Below, piece by piece: positions 8,953 to 18,586 of a DNA stretch of 58,412 nt. The notes beneath the pieces were generated by a model, which saw nothing but the letters and a program-made list of their open reading frames with translations, made no database searches and was not told where the DNA came from. Source of the stretch: Acidimicrobiia bacterium (GTDB lineage Bacteria > Actinomycetota > Acidimicrobiia > Spongiisociales > ZC4RG35); assembly GCA_025922945.1 (NCBI GenBank), contig JAICGW010000002.1, positions 1 to 58,412 of the forward strand. The letters run 5' to 3'. Within the stretch, counting starts at the first letter, position 1; each line of letters begins with the position of its first letter. The position numbers and the translations under genes are program-made.

Positions 8953-9615
8953 GTGCAGACCGTGGCTGGACAATCGCATCGATCGACCCCTAACGGCCAG
9001 AGCAAGTGGCGACTGGCTCTCCTGGCCGGCGCCGTCATCGCACTGGCCGGTGCCTACGTCATCCTCAGTTCGGGCGATCTTTTCCGTGGGCAGCTCAGCC
9101 CGCAGGAGATCGCCGAACGCTATCTCGAGGCTCGGAACGAATACGACGCCAAGGCTGCCCGTGCCCTCATCGCACCAGACGCTCTGCTCAACGACGTACC
9201 ACTGATCGGGTTCCACGAGCTCGATGCTGGTTTCGAGGCGCTCTCGATTTTTGAGATCTCCCAAGACCCATTCGAGTGCATGGTGGGTGACAGGGAAACC
9301 TGGGTGAGTTGTAGTTATCAGCTGGACTCGGCCCTGAACGATCCGGTGGGCTATCCGCCGGTCGCCGGGAAGATCAACTTCCGGATCGCCGATGGGAAGA
9401 TCGTTGAGCTCCAGCACAATTTCCCCTTCGGTTTGTACTCCCCGTTTGTTTGGCGGCCATTCGTCGATTGGTTAATGGCCGAGCATGGCGAGGCGTCGTT
9501 CGATCGGATCTACCGCATTTTGCCCAGCGGGACCGCGACTCCGCGCCTGGACTCAGAAGCCCTTAGTTACGCCCGGACGGCGGTCGCCGACTACCGCGCG
9601 TCGGTCAGGCCTTGA
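8953..9615 (+). CDS. hypothetical membrane-anchored protein (possible NTF2/SnoaL-like fold)
   Basis: One TM helix 'WRLALLAGAVIALAGAYVIL' followed by a soluble domain. GTG 8953 is preceded by 'aagga'. No family recognised with certainty. Confidence 0.55.
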   Translation: MQTVAGQSHRSTPNGQSKWRLALLAGAVIALAGAYVILSSGDLFRGQLSPQEIAERYLEARNEYDAKAARALIAPDALLNDVPLIGFHELDAGFEALSIFEISQDPFECMVGDRETWVSCSYQLDSALNDPVGYPPVAGKINFRIADGKIVELQHNFPFGLYSPFVWRPFVDWLMAEHGEASFDRIYRILPSGTATPRLDSEALSYARTAVADYRASVRP

Positions 9616-9622
9616 AGGGAAA

Positions 9623-12600
9623 CTAGATGCCGAGAACCGAGAAGTCGCGGGAGATCACCTGCGAGGAGCCACCCGCTTCCATCGTCACCCCGTAGAGGAC
9701 GTCGGCCGCCTCCATCGTCTGTTGCTGGTGGGTGATCAGGATGAGCTGGCTCTCACCCCGGAATGCTTCGAGCAATCTGAGGAAGCGGCGGAGGTTGGCG
9801 TCGTCGAGAGCCGCCTCCACCTCGTCAAGGATGTAGAAGGGTGAGGGCCGCGCCGAGAAGACTGCAAACAGGAAGGCCAACGCCGCCAGCGATCGCTCCC
9901 CACCGGACAGCAGACTGAGCTTGGCGATCTTCTTGCCATGAGGCTGTGCTTCGATCTCGACACCCGACGTGAGAGGCTGATCGGGCTCGGTGAGCCGCAT
10001 CTTTCCCTGACCGCCGGGGAAGAGGACGGTGAAGTATTCCGCGTAGTTGGCGGCGACTTCTTCGAAGGCAGACACAAATCGGCTCTCTATCTCCTCGTCG
10101 AGGGCTCTCATCACCTTGCGGAGCTCGGTTCGCGACCTCTCGAGGTCTTCGAGCTGACTGCTCATGAACTCGTGCCGTTCGGATAGCTCCCGATACTCCT
10201 CGGCAGCGAGGGGATTTACGGGTCCCATTCGTCGCAACTGGGCGGCGCGTGTCGCCAGGAGCCCGGGCAGATCCTCGGTATCGGTTTCGGGCCGGTTTGC
10301 CGCCAGTGCCTCTTCCGGCGACGCATCCGCTTCGCGGGCCAACGATTCGACAACCGCCTCCCGGCGCACTCGGGATTCAGTAGCGGCGAGGGCCAACTCA
10401 CCCAGAGCCGACTTGTTGATGTCGAGCGATGCCTCCAGGTCAGCGAGCCGCCGTTGGCGCTCGCTGAGGTCGAGATTGACCGTCCGGTTCTCGGCGCGCT
10501 CTGCTCCGAGTCGGTCACGCAGCTCGGTAATCCGCCCGTTCACTACGTCGATAGCCCTCCGGGCCAGCGTCTCCACCCTGGCGAGACGGGAAAGAGTTTC
10601 GACCGTCACGATGCGGCCTGGTTGACTGCCTCCCGAAAGCTCGGCGTTGACCGACTGCTGACGAGCCTCGAGCATCGACCTCCGCTCCGCTGCCGTCGAT
10701 GAGGCCATTGCCGCCTGCTTCCAAAGCTCCCTGGTCTGCTCCTGCTCCTTGGCCAGTTGCCGCCGACGATCGTCGAGTTCGGCTAACAAAGCCTGCCGCC
10801 GGCCCTCATCGCCCTCGAGGGCTTCCATCGATGCAACGAGCTGTCGGAGCGCGGCTCCCCGTTCGGCAATGGTCGTCTCCAAGAGAGACTCGCGGGAATG
10901 GAGTCTCCCGAGCTCGGCTGCCAGCTCGGCGCTGTGACGCCGTGATCGACCCAGCAGCTCGGTGGCACCGGCCAGCTTGATCTCCAAAGCCTCAAGCGTC
11001 TCGAGGGCGGCCCGCTCCGCATTTCGACTTCCTTCGAACTGACGGTGGGCGGTGTTGACCCGGCTCGTGGCCCGGGCGAGCTCCAGCTCGGCCTCATCCT
11101 GCTCGGCTTCGGCCTCGAGTAGTGATCGATTCTCGGGATGAGCCGTGCGGATCCCCTCGATGGTGATCAGGTCCCCTTCGGGAGTGACCACGCGCAGACC
11201 GGGGTGATGCTGCACCGCCGCCCAAGCGGTTGCCCATCCTTCGGCCACGGCAACATCGCCGAGCAGGGCGCGGGCCAGGGTGGACTCGCCGCTGACGCCG
11301 ATCAAGTCGATCAACGCCTCAAGACCTATCTGAGGAGCGACGGCGGAAGCGTCGTACCCCGAGCCTTTCCAGTCCCCCACCAGGGAGACCCCACCACCCC
11401 CTTGCGCTTTCACTTGCCGCACTGCATCTTCCAAGTCCGCCCCTGACTCGAAGGCGATTGCCTGCGACCACGACCCAAGAGCAGCTTCGGTGGCCGCAAG
11501 CCATTCCGCCGGCACCGACAGCAGATCGGTGATCAACCCGCGGGCACCCTGCGCCTGGGCGACGAGGCGCTGGGATTCGATGTCTCCGGTGAGGCTGATC
11601 GCTTCCCTGCGCGCCCTGGCCGCGGCCGCGGCGAAACGCGCCTCCTGCTGGTCCAACTGGGCCTGCTCCCAGATTGTCTGTTCCTGCCGGCTCCTGGCGG
11701 CTGCGTCCTCGTACGACTTGCTGGCGAACCCCACTTGGCTATCGAGAGCTCGGGTCTCGTTGAGATGCCGCTCGGCAGCCTCGTTTTCGGCTCCAATCTG
11801 CTCGGTCAGCACCATGAGCCGCTTGCGTACCTCGTCGAGCTCGTGCCGGTCGCGTTCATCGGCGGCCACCATCGAGCGATGCTCACCCTGCGAAACGGCC
11901 AGCGCCCCTTCCGCCGACAGCCCCATCTGATCGGCCAGCGATCGCTCGTGGGCTTCGATCAATCGCAAAGTCGCTTCGCATTGCCCCACCTGTTGGCGGG
12001 CGGCCTCCTCTGCGGAGATGAGCTCGGATAATTCGGTATCGATGTCGGCTAGCTCGGCTTCCAGATCACGTCGCCGCTCATCGACATCCTCACGCCGGGA
12101 GAGCCCGCTGCGATGTCGTTCGTGCGCGACCTGAGCAATCCGGCGGAGGCTCTCAAGTGTCGTCTCGAGACGGGCTGCGGCGAGGCTGTCGGCTTCGGTG
12201 GAGGCTGCCAGCGACTGCGACCGCCGAGCGAGGTTCGCCGCCTCGGGCGCGAGCACTCCGATCTCGGTTTGGGCCGCGTGTATGGCTTTATCGAGTGCCT
12301 CTTTTTCGGTGGCGGATCGTCTGATGACTTCGTCGAGACGGCGAAGCTCCTCGCCTCCCAGGAAAAGAGTGAGGGCCCGAACTTCGGCCGCCGCTTCTTC
12401 CTGGCGATGAGCGGCCTCGGCCTGCCGCTTGAGGGGCCGCATCTGGCGGGCGACTTCGGACAGGATGTCGGTTAGGCGTTGACAGTCCTCACCGGTTCTC
12501 TCGAGCCTTCTCATGGCCCGCTCCTTGCGGAGCTTGTGCTTGAGAATGCCGGCAGCCTCTTCGATGATCGCCCGGTGCTCGGAAGCATCGGCGGCGAGGA

Positions 12601-13045
12601 CCGAGTCCACCTGTCCCTGGTTGACGATGATGTGCTGGTGCCGGCCAACTCCGGAGTCGCTCAGTAGCTCGGTGACATCGAGCAAACGGCACTCGATGCC
12701 ATTGATCTCGTATTCCGAGGACCCGTCGCGAAAGAGCCGACGGGTGATTGCCACCTCGTCGAGATCGAGATCGAGGTCGCGCCCGGTGTTGTCGAGCACA
12801 ACTGTCACCTCGGCCCGATTGAGCGCCGGACGGGTGACCGTCCCCGCAAAGATGACATCTTCCATCTTCGAAGTGCGCAACGAGCGGGGAGCCTGGGTTC
12901 CCAGGACCCAATGCACGGCGTCCACCAGGTTTGATTTACCCGACCCGTTAGGCCCCACTACCACCGAGATCCCAGGTCGATATTCGAGCCGCGTGCGGTC
13001 GGCAAACGACTTGAAACCAACCAGTTTGAGGGTCTTCAAATACAA
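9623..13045 (-). CDS. smc: chromosome segregation protein SMC
   Basis: 1140 aa. N-terminus '(M)YLKTLKLVGFKSFADRT...GPNGSGKSN', long coiled coils, hinge, C-terminal 'LSGGERSLAALAFLFA...PFYILDEVEAALD'. TTG start with 'aggtg' RBS. Confidence 0.95.
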   Translation of the reverse strand: MYLKTLKLVGFKSFADRTRLEYRPGISVVVGPNGSGKSNLVDAVHWVLGTQAPRSLRTSKMEDVIFAGTVTRPALNRAEVTVVLDNTGRDLDLDLDEVAITRRLFRDGSSEYEINGIECRLLDVTELLSDSGVGRHQHIIVNQGQVDSVLAADASEHRAIIEEAAGILKHKLRKERAMRRLERTGEDCQRLTDILSEVARQMRPLKRQAEAAHRQEEAAAEVRALTLFLGGEELRRLDEVIRRSATEKEALDKAIHAAQTEIGVLAPEAANLARRSQSLAASTEADSLAAARLETTLESLRRIAQVAHERHRSGLSRREDVDERRRDLEAELADIDTELSELISAEEAARQQVGQCEATLRLIEAHERSLADQMGLSAEGALAVSQGEHRSMVAADERDRHELDEVRKRLMVLTEQIGAENEAAERHLNETRALDSQVGFASKSYEDAAARSRQEQTIWEQAQLDQQEARFAAAAARARREAISLTGDIESQRLVAQAQGARGLITDLLSVPAEWLAATEAALGSWSQAIAFESGADLEDAVRQVKAQGGGGVSLVGDWKGSGYDASAVAPQIGLEALIDLIGVSGESTLARALLGDVAVAEGWATAWAAVQHHPGLRVVTPEGDLITIEGIRTAHPENRSLLEAEAEQDEAELELARATSRVNTAHRQFEGSRNAERAALETLEALEIKLAGATELLGRSRRHSAELAAELGRLHSRESLLETTIAERGAALRQLVASMEALEGDEGRRQALLAELDDRRRQLAKEQEQTRELWKQAAMASSTAAERRSMLEARQQSVNAELSGGSQPGRIVTVETLSRLARVETLARRAIDVVNGRITELRDRLGAERAENRTVNLDLSERQRRLADLEASLDINKSALGELALAATESRVRREAVVESLAREADASPEEALAANRPETDTEDLPGLLATRAAQLRRMGPVNPLAAEEYRELSERHEFMSSQLEDLERSRTELRKVMRALDEEIESRFVSAFEEVAANYAEYFTVLFPGGQGKMRLTEPDQPLTSGVEIEAQPHGKKIAKLSLLSGGERSLAALAFLFAVFSARPSPFYILDEVEAALDDANLRRFLRLLEAFRGESQLILITHQQQTMEAADVLYGVTMEAGGSSQVISRDFSVLGI

Positions 13046-13095
13046 GAGTTACACCTGTGTTATTCGGGATTTTGAGGCTAGCCCCCAGCTCGCCA

Positions 13096-13371
13096 CTATT
13101 GGCGGATAACGAAGTCCTGGATCAGGCGATCGGGAGCGACGGTTTCGGATTCGATTCCGCTCACTATGGCACCCCTGGGCCCGTGCCAGAGCCAGTCGAC
13201 CATCCGATTCACAGCCTCGTCGTCGCCCTGGAGCCACACCTCGACCGTCCCATCTCGGTACTCGTTGCGAACCCATCCGAGGAGGCCGTGACCCCGCGCC
13301 TCGCTACGAGTGGCCTGTCGGAATCCGACTCCCTGCACGCTCCCCCTAACGACGGCTTTGACGGCTTTCAC
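13096..13371 (-). CDS. acyP: acylphosphatase
   Basis: 'VRGSVQGVGFRQATRSEARGHGLLGWVRNEYRDGTVEV' is the acylphosphatase signature. GTG 13371 overlaps the mutM TGA (GTGA). Confidence 0.85.
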   Translation of the reverse strand: MKAVKAVVRGSVQGVGFRQATRSEARGHGLLGWVRNEYRDGTVEVWLQGDDEAVNRMVDWLWHGPRGAIVSGIESETVAPDRLIQDFVIRQ

Positions 13372-14192
13372 TTTTGGCAATTCGGGCAGTAATACGAGGA
13401 ACGGCCTCCGATCACGATGCGCTCGATAGGCGTCCCGCAACGCCGGCAGGGCTCGTGCTCGCGCCCGTAGGCGAAAAGGCGTTCCCGAAAGCCCCCCGCC
13501 TGGCCATCAGGAAGCAGGTAAGCCAGATCACTCAAGGAAGTGCCCCCGGCTTCGATGCCCTCTCTGAGAACCGCCACGATGGCCGCCCGCAACTTTTTCA
13601 GCTCGTCTGTGGTGAGTTCCCCGCCGGGACGGGTCGGTCGAACTCGCGCCCGAAAGAGCACCTCGTCGGCATAGATGTTCCCGAGGCCGGAAACGATGCG
13701 CTGATCGAGCAATAGGGACTTGATCGGCGCCCGCCGACCCGAGAGTCGCGCTGCCAGTTGCGGCGAGCGCGGCAAATCGGCCAGAGCATCGCGCCCAAGC
13801 TTGAGTTCTTTTTTCAGCTCCTCTGGGGTGAAAACCGCCACGAAGCCGAAGGTGCGGGGATCGATGAAGCGTATTTCGGTCCCCAAATCAGTTCTGGCCC
13901 AGAAATGGGTATGAGCGATTTCGGGATCGTCGGGACTGGCGATGAGGACCCTGCCCGACATACCGAGATGAGTCACCCAGGTGAGACCCGACCCCAGCCG
14001 ACCGAGGATGAACTTGCCGTGACGCTCCAGGCGATCGACGCGCTGGCCTTGGAGCCGGTCGACGATGTCCGCCGGGTTCTCGTGGCGCCGGCCGGTTCGA
14101 GGATGCCTCAACTCGACCGCGACGATCCGCCGTCCCTCCACGTGGGGCACCATGAACCGACGAGTCGTCTCCACTTCGGGAAGCTCTGGCAC
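13368..14192 (-). CDS. mutM: formamidopyrimidine-DNA glycosylase
   Basis: 274 aa. 'MPELPEVETTRR' N-terminus, H2TH region, C-terminal zinc finger 'CRRCGTPIERIVIGGRSSYYCPNCQ'. Confidence 0.95.
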   Translation of the reverse strand: MPELPEVETTRRFMVPHVEGRRIVAVELRHPRTGRRHENPADIVDRLQGQRVDRLERHGKFILGRLGSGLTWVTHLGMSGRVLIASPDDPEIAHTHFWARTDLGTEIRFIDPRTFGFVAVFTPEELKKELKLGRDALADLPRSPQLAARLSGRRAPIKSLLLDQRIVSGLGNIYADEVLFRARVRPTRPGGELTTDELKKLRAAIVAVLREGIEAGGTSLSDLAYLLPDGQAGGFRERLFAYGREHEPCRRCGTPIERIVIGGRSSYYCPNCQK

Positions 14193-14216
14193 GGAGCCAA
14201 CCTAGAAGCGGCGCCG

Positions 14217-15221
14217 CTAGAGCGGGAAAACCACCGCCTCGTCTACTTTGACCGATACTCGCTCACCAGCCTGAAAGTCGGGTGCGGGCCCAAGCCGGGC
14301 CCGCAACCTTTCGCCGCCAGCCAGGGCGATCGAGACCAGTTGATCATGACCGAAGAACTGGCGGGAGATGACGTGGCCGGGCCCTTCGGCGTCGGCGAAG
14401 AGCAACACGTTTTCGGGGCGGATCATGAGCTGGCAGGCGCCCTGGAGAGAGGTGGGGAAGCTTCCCAGGGATGACAGGGCCGTTCCCCCTTCGGCGTGGG
14501 CCCTTACGAAGTCGGCCTCCCCGAGGAAGGATGCCACCCACGGGCTCTCGGGTTGGCGATACAGGTCGGCGGGTCGATCCGTTTGCACGATCCTTCCCTC
14601 GGCCATCACCGAGACGCGGTCTGAGAGCGAGAGTGCCTCTTCCTGATCGTGGGTGACGAAGAGCGCCGTCGTTCCCGCTTCTAACAGGATCTCTTTCACC
14701 TCGTCCCGGACGTGGCTCCGCAGCGCGGCATCGAGGTTGGAGAAGGGCTCGTCGAGGAGGACGACCCGGGGCTCCGGCGCCAACGCCCGGGCCAACGCCA
14801 CCCGTTGCTGCTGGCCTCCCGAAAGCTGGTGAGGCATACGTCGCTCCAGCCCGGAGAGACCGACGAGCTCGAGAAGCCTCGCCACCTGGCCGGGCCGGAT
14901 GTTGCGCGCATAGGAGACATTGGCTTCGACATCGAGGTGCGGGAAGAGCGCGAAGTCCTGAAAGACCATGCCCACTCTGCGCCTTTCGGAGGGCACCATC
15001 AAGGAAGGTCCGGCTACCAGCTGGGATCCCACCCGCACGGTGCCGGATTCGGGTTGGTCGAATCCGGCAATGATTCGAAGCGCGGTGGTCTTTCCGCAAC
15101 CGGAGGGTCCCAGGATCGTGTGGAAGTCACCCTCGTCGACATCGAGGTGGAAATCATCCAGAGCGATCGTGGGCCCAAAGCGCTTGCCGATTCCGATGCA
15201 GGTAATGGCCGTATCAGGCAT
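14217..15221 (-). CDS. Fe(III)/polyamine-type ABC importer ATP-binding protein
   Basis: 334 aa. Walker A 'GPSGCGKTT', signature 'LSGGQQQRVALARAL', Walker B 'VVLLDEPFS', C-terminal TOBE-like domain. Confidence 0.88.
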   Translation of the reverse strand: MPDTAITCIGIGKRFGPTIALDDFHLDVDEGDFHTILGPSGCGKTTALRIIAGFDQPESGTVRVGSQLVAGPSLMVPSERRRVGMVFQDFALFPHLDVEANVSYARNIRPGQVARLLELVGLSGLERRMPHQLSGGQQQRVALARALAPEPRVVLLDEPFSNLDAALRSHVRDEVKEILLEAGTTALFVTHDQEEALSLSDRVSVMAEGRIVQTDRPADLYRQPESPWVASFLGEADFVRAHAEGGTALSSLGSFPTSLQGACQLMIRPENVLLFADAEGPGHVISRQFFGHDQLVSIALAGGERLRARLGPAPDFQAGERVSVKVDEAVVFPL

Positions 15222-16812
15222 GGCGGAGATCGCGGCTGACGAGGAAGTGCATGGGCACGGCGGAGATCATTATCAGCACCAGCGAGGCGAATGCCGCCCG
15301 CGTGTAGAAGCCCTCCGATGTCGTCGACCAAATCCTCACCGCCAAGGTCTCGAATTCGGTGGGTCGCAGGAGGAGGGTGGCCGGAAGCTCCTTCATGGTC
15401 GTCAGGAAGACCAGCCCCGCCCCGGTCAACACCCCCTTTCCGATCAAAGGCATGGTGATGCGACGGAACGTCTGCAGCGGCGACTGACCGAGCGAGCGGC
15501 TGACCTCTTCGAGGTTGGGTGACACCTCCCGAAGGGCCGCCTCGGTGGGTCCCAGGGCCTGGGGCAAGAACATGGTGACATACGCGACGAATAGCAATGG
15601 GAGCGTCTGATACAGCGGCAGAAGAAGGGTGACTCCCACGAGAAGCAAGGCCAAGCCGACAGTCAGATGAGGCAAGGCGCTCACCGTCCAAGCCGAAGCC
15701 TCCAGGACGGCGCCGAGACGGCTCCGGTAGCGCGTAACCAACACGGCGATCGGAATGGCGATGGCAGCCACCGCCAGCGCGGCTCCGATCGACACCGAAA
15801 TCGATCGGCCCACCTCTGACCAGACCGCCACCGTCTCTCGTCCGGCGGCTGTCCCCCTTACCCACCAGGCCGCGAGGACTGCCACCGGCACTCCCACCGA
15901 GGTCGCCACCAGCAGAGTTAGAAAGGTCACCGCCGCGAAGCGCCGCCCATTCGATAATCGATGCAGGCTCCCTGGCCGGACTACTCGACCCTTGCGTTCG
16001 CTGCGGGGCGGACGGGTGGATCGCTCGAGCCCGATTACGGCGAGGGCTATCAGTACGAGCACTGCGGCGAGCAAAGTGGCCGGCCGCCGATCGATGCGGC
16101 CCGCGTACTGCAAGAAGATCGCTCTCGTGAAAGTGTCGTAACCGAGGAGCGAAACCGCCCCGAAGTCAGCCAGGGAGTAGAGGCCAACGAGAAGCGCACT
16201 CGACCGCAAGGCAGGACCCACTTGGGCAAGCAAAACAGTGCGCAATCTCTTCAGCCGACCGGCACCGAGTGCGCGGGCGATCTCATCGAGAGCGGGGTCG
16301 ACCCTCCGCAGGGCCGGCACCAGGCTGAGATGAACGTACGGAAAGGTTGAAACCACAAGAGCCAGCACCGCGCCGAGGAGCCCGCGCGGGATCGGCAGGG
16401 GATCCCCTCCCAACGCCACCACCATTCCGCTGAGGATCCCTTGGCGACCGGTCCCGGTAAGCAGGACGAGGGCGAGCACATAGGAGGGAATCACCAAGGG
16501 CAGGGCCACCACCGTCGACCACATACGAGCTCCCCCTAGATCAGTGCGGGTCGTGAGCCAGGCGGTCCCAAACCCGATCACGACGGCGCCGATTACCACC
16601 AGCCCGGTGAGGAGAAGCGTGTTGAGGGCCAGTTCCGCTAGTCGTCCGGCCGGCAGCACGCCCTGCCATCCCCCCGCCAGCGCCTGCCAAAGCAGGTACC
16701 CGAACGGGAAAAGCAGCGGGACCACGGTCAAGGTGGCGAGCCCGAGCAACCGTACGGGCGCCCTCCGCCCGCGGGCCGAGAGCACGCCCGCGTCGACGAC
16801 GGCCGTGCTCAC
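15214..16812 (-). CDS. iron ABC importer permease (two fused MetI-like domains)
   Basis: 532 aa, duplicated 6-TM permease with two EAA-type loops ('DEIARALGAGRLKRLRTV' and 'EEVSRSLGQSPLQTFRRI'), as in FbpB/AfuB. Confidence 0.85.
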   Translation of the reverse strand: MSTAVVDAGVLSARGRRAPVRLLGLATLTVVPLLFPFGYLLWQALAGGWQGVLPAGRLAELALNTLLLTGLVVIGAVVIGFGTAWLTTRTDLGGARMWSTVVALPLVIPSYVLALVLLTGTGRQGILSGMVVALGGDPLPIPRGLLGAVLALVVSTFPYVHLSLVPALRRVDPALDEIARALGAGRLKRLRTVLLAQVGPALRSSALLVGLYSLADFGAVSLLGYDTFTRAIFLQYAGRIDRRPATLLAAVLVLIALAVIGLERSTRPPRSERKGRVVRPGSLHRLSNGRRFAAVTFLTLLVATSVGVPVAVLAAWWVRGTAAGRETVAVWSEVGRSISVSIGAALAVAAIAIPIAVLVTRYRSRLGAVLEASAWTVSALPHLTVGLALLLVGVTLLLPLYQTLPLLFVAYVTMFLPQALGPTEAALREVSPNLEEVSRSLGQSPLQTFRRITMPLIGKGVLTGAGLVFLTTMKELPATLLLRPTEFETLAVRIWSTTSEGFYTRAAFASLVLIMISAVPMHFLVSRDLRHA

Positions 16813-16819
16813 ACTTACC

Positions 16820-17848
16820 TCAGGCGAGGCCCGCAGCGGCGATCAGGTCGGTGGCCTGATCGAGCACACCTGCCAATTCGGCACTGGAAAGGACGGGGCT
16901 GACCAGCGTGTCGATGGCCGGCAATCCCCCGGGGGCAGGAGCGTCCGGGGACACCGGGTACTCAAAATTGGTCTCGGCGAAGTAGGCCTGTGATTCTGCG
17001 GAGAGGAGGAATTCGATCAGGTCTTCCGCCACGGGATTGGAGGAGGTGCTGAGGATCCCGATTCCCGAGGGCATAACCAGCGAGCCGGCGTCGGGCTCGG
17101 TGAAGAAGTGATTTTGGGCGGTTATGGAGCCCTGTTCGGCCGCTAGTTCTCGCAGGTAGTAGTGATTGATGAGGCCGAGCTCGAGGTCACCCGCATCCAC
17201 TGCGGCGGCGATCGGAGAGTTGCCGTCGAAGGTGACCGGATCGTTGGCGGCGATGCCTTCCAGCCACTCGCCCGTGGCCTCTTCGCCCTCGAGCAAAATC
17301 ATCGCCGAAACGAAGGTGACAAACGAACCGTTGGTCGGAGCGATGCCGAAGCGACCGCTCCACTGCGGGTCGACGAGTTCCCGGTAGGTAGCCGGGAGGT
17401 CGGCTTCGGCCACAAGCTCAGGGTTGAAGGCCAGTACCCGCGAGCGAGCGGTGATCCCCACCCAGCGACCATCGGGATCCGAAAAGCGCTCCGGGGCCAG
17501 GCTCAGGATCGATTCGGGCAGCGGCTCCATGAGGTCCGCCACTGAACCGAGGGAGGCCGGGTCCTGGGAGTAAAAGAGGTCGGCGGGCGAGTCGGTTCCC
17601 TCGGTCAAAATCGTCGCCGCCATCTCCGGCGAGCTCCCATAGCGGACGTCCACATCGATCCCGGCTTCTTCCTCGAAACGGGTCAGCAAGGGGCCGACCA
17701 GCTCTTCGGTCCGACCGGAATAGAGCACTACCGTTCCCTCGTCGGCGACAGAGGTGGGGGTCGTGGTGGTGGCGGCGTTGCCCCCGCAGGCCAGGAGGAG
17801 TACGACGACGAGCAAGATGGTTGGATTCGACTTCATCGGTTCAACCAT
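16820..17848 (-). CDS. iron ABC importer substrate-binding lipoprotein
   Basis: Lipobox 'LLLACGG', then an FbpA/AfuA-like fold ('VVLYSGRTEELVGPLLTRFEE..GIDVDVRYGSS'). ATG 17848 has 'aggga' upstream. ATG 17836 and TTG 17872 are alternatives. Confidence 0.82.
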   Translation of the reverse strand: MVEPMKSNPTILLVVVLLLACGGNAATTTTPTSVADEGTVVLYSGRTEELVGPLLTRFEEEAGIDVDVRYGSSPEMAATILTEGTDSPADLFYSQDPASLGSVADLMEPLPESILSLAPERFSDPDGRWVGITARSRVLAFNPELVAEADLPATYRELVDPQWSGRFGIAPTNGSFVTFVSAMILLEGEEATGEWLEGIAANDPVTFDGNSPIAAAVDAGDLELGLINHYYLRELAAEQGSITAQNHFFTEPDAGSLVMPSGIGILSTSSNPVAEDLIEFLLSAESQAYFAETNFEYPVSPDAPAPGGLPAIDTLVSPVLSSAELAGVLDQATDLIAAAGLA

Positions 17849-17876
17849 ATTTTCCCTGTCCCGATCGTGCAAACAA

Positions 17877-17895
17877 GCCTGACGGCGAGGGTTAG
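17877..17895. promoter_or_regulatory. DtxR/IdeR iron box in the divergent promoter region
   Basis: GAGGGTTAGGCTCACCTAA matches the IdeR consensus TTAGGTTAGGCTAACCTAA at 15/19 positions. The core TTAGGCTCACCTAA matches 13/14 and its TTAGG/CCTAA arms are inverted repeats. It lies between the binding-protein gene and the repressor gene. Confidence 0.7.
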
Positions 17896-17920
17896 GCTCA
17901 CCTAACAGTAAGGAACTGGC

Positions 17921-18586
17921 ATGGCTGAAGACCCCTACACCGCCACCTACCGGGAGTACGTGGCGGCTATCTACGAGTTGAGCGAGGAGGGACTGGCTCC
18001 GATCCGGGCCCGGATCGCCGACTGGCTCGGGGTCAGTCGCGCCTCAGTTTCGGAGATGACCCGAAAAATGGAAGCCGATGGGCTGGTGGAGAAGGGGACC
18101 GAGATCGCCCTAACCCCCAAGGGCCGCCACTTGGCAGAGGTGGTGGTCCGCCGGCACCGCCTCGCTGAGCGCTTCCTCGCCGAGGTGCTCGGCCTGCCCT
18201 GGGTCAAGGTCCACGCTGAAGCCGAGGTCTGGGAGCTCGCCATCTCCGACGACGTCGAAGCGGCGATGCTCGCAAAGCTTGGCCAGCCAACGACCTGTCC
18301 CCATGGCAACCCCATCCCCGGCGCCGGCTACCGCCAGCCCCAGCTGCAGCAGATGTCGGAGATGGGTTCGGAGCCTCGTTTTCTTCATCGAGTCTCCGAG
18401 GAGCTGGAGCTCGACAACGGGATCATGGGCTTTCTCGATGAATCGGGGTTGCGCCCCGGGGCGAGGGTGGAGCTCGTGGCACGGACCCCGGACGGAACGC
18501 TCACGGTCTCGGTACACGATGGCGACCGGGTCGGAGTCAGCCCGTTCATCGCCGAGCGTCTCTTCCTAGCCGACAGCCCCGTCTGA
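17921..18586 (+). CDS. ideR: DtxR/IdeR-family metal-dependent repressor
   Basis: 221 aa. N-terminal wHTH 'IADWLGVSRASVSEMTRKMEADGLV', metal/dimerisation domain 'RRHRLAERFL...HAEAEVWELAIS', C-terminal SH3-like domain. Confidence 0.88.
   Translation: MAEDPYTATYREYVAAIYELSEEGLAPIRARIADWLGVSRASVSEMTRKMEADGLVEKGTEIALTPKGRHLAEVVVRRHRLAERFLAEVLGLPWVKVHAEAEVWELAISDDVEAAMLAKLGQPTTCPHGNPIPGAGYRQPQLQQMSEMGSEPRFLHRVSEELELDNGIMGFLDESGLRPGARVELVARTPDGTLTVSVHDGDRVGVSPFIAERLFLADSPV

Noticed and set aside
8817-9038. N-terminal extension of ftsY to track start 9038
   Set aside because: The extension is Cys/Arg-rich and non-homologous, and it overlaps the divergent gene. ATG 8816 gives the expected TM helix + NG-domain protein.
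13057-13392. 111-aa + ORF opposite acyP
   Set aside because: It is antisense to the clear acylphosphatase signature and has no motifs of its own.
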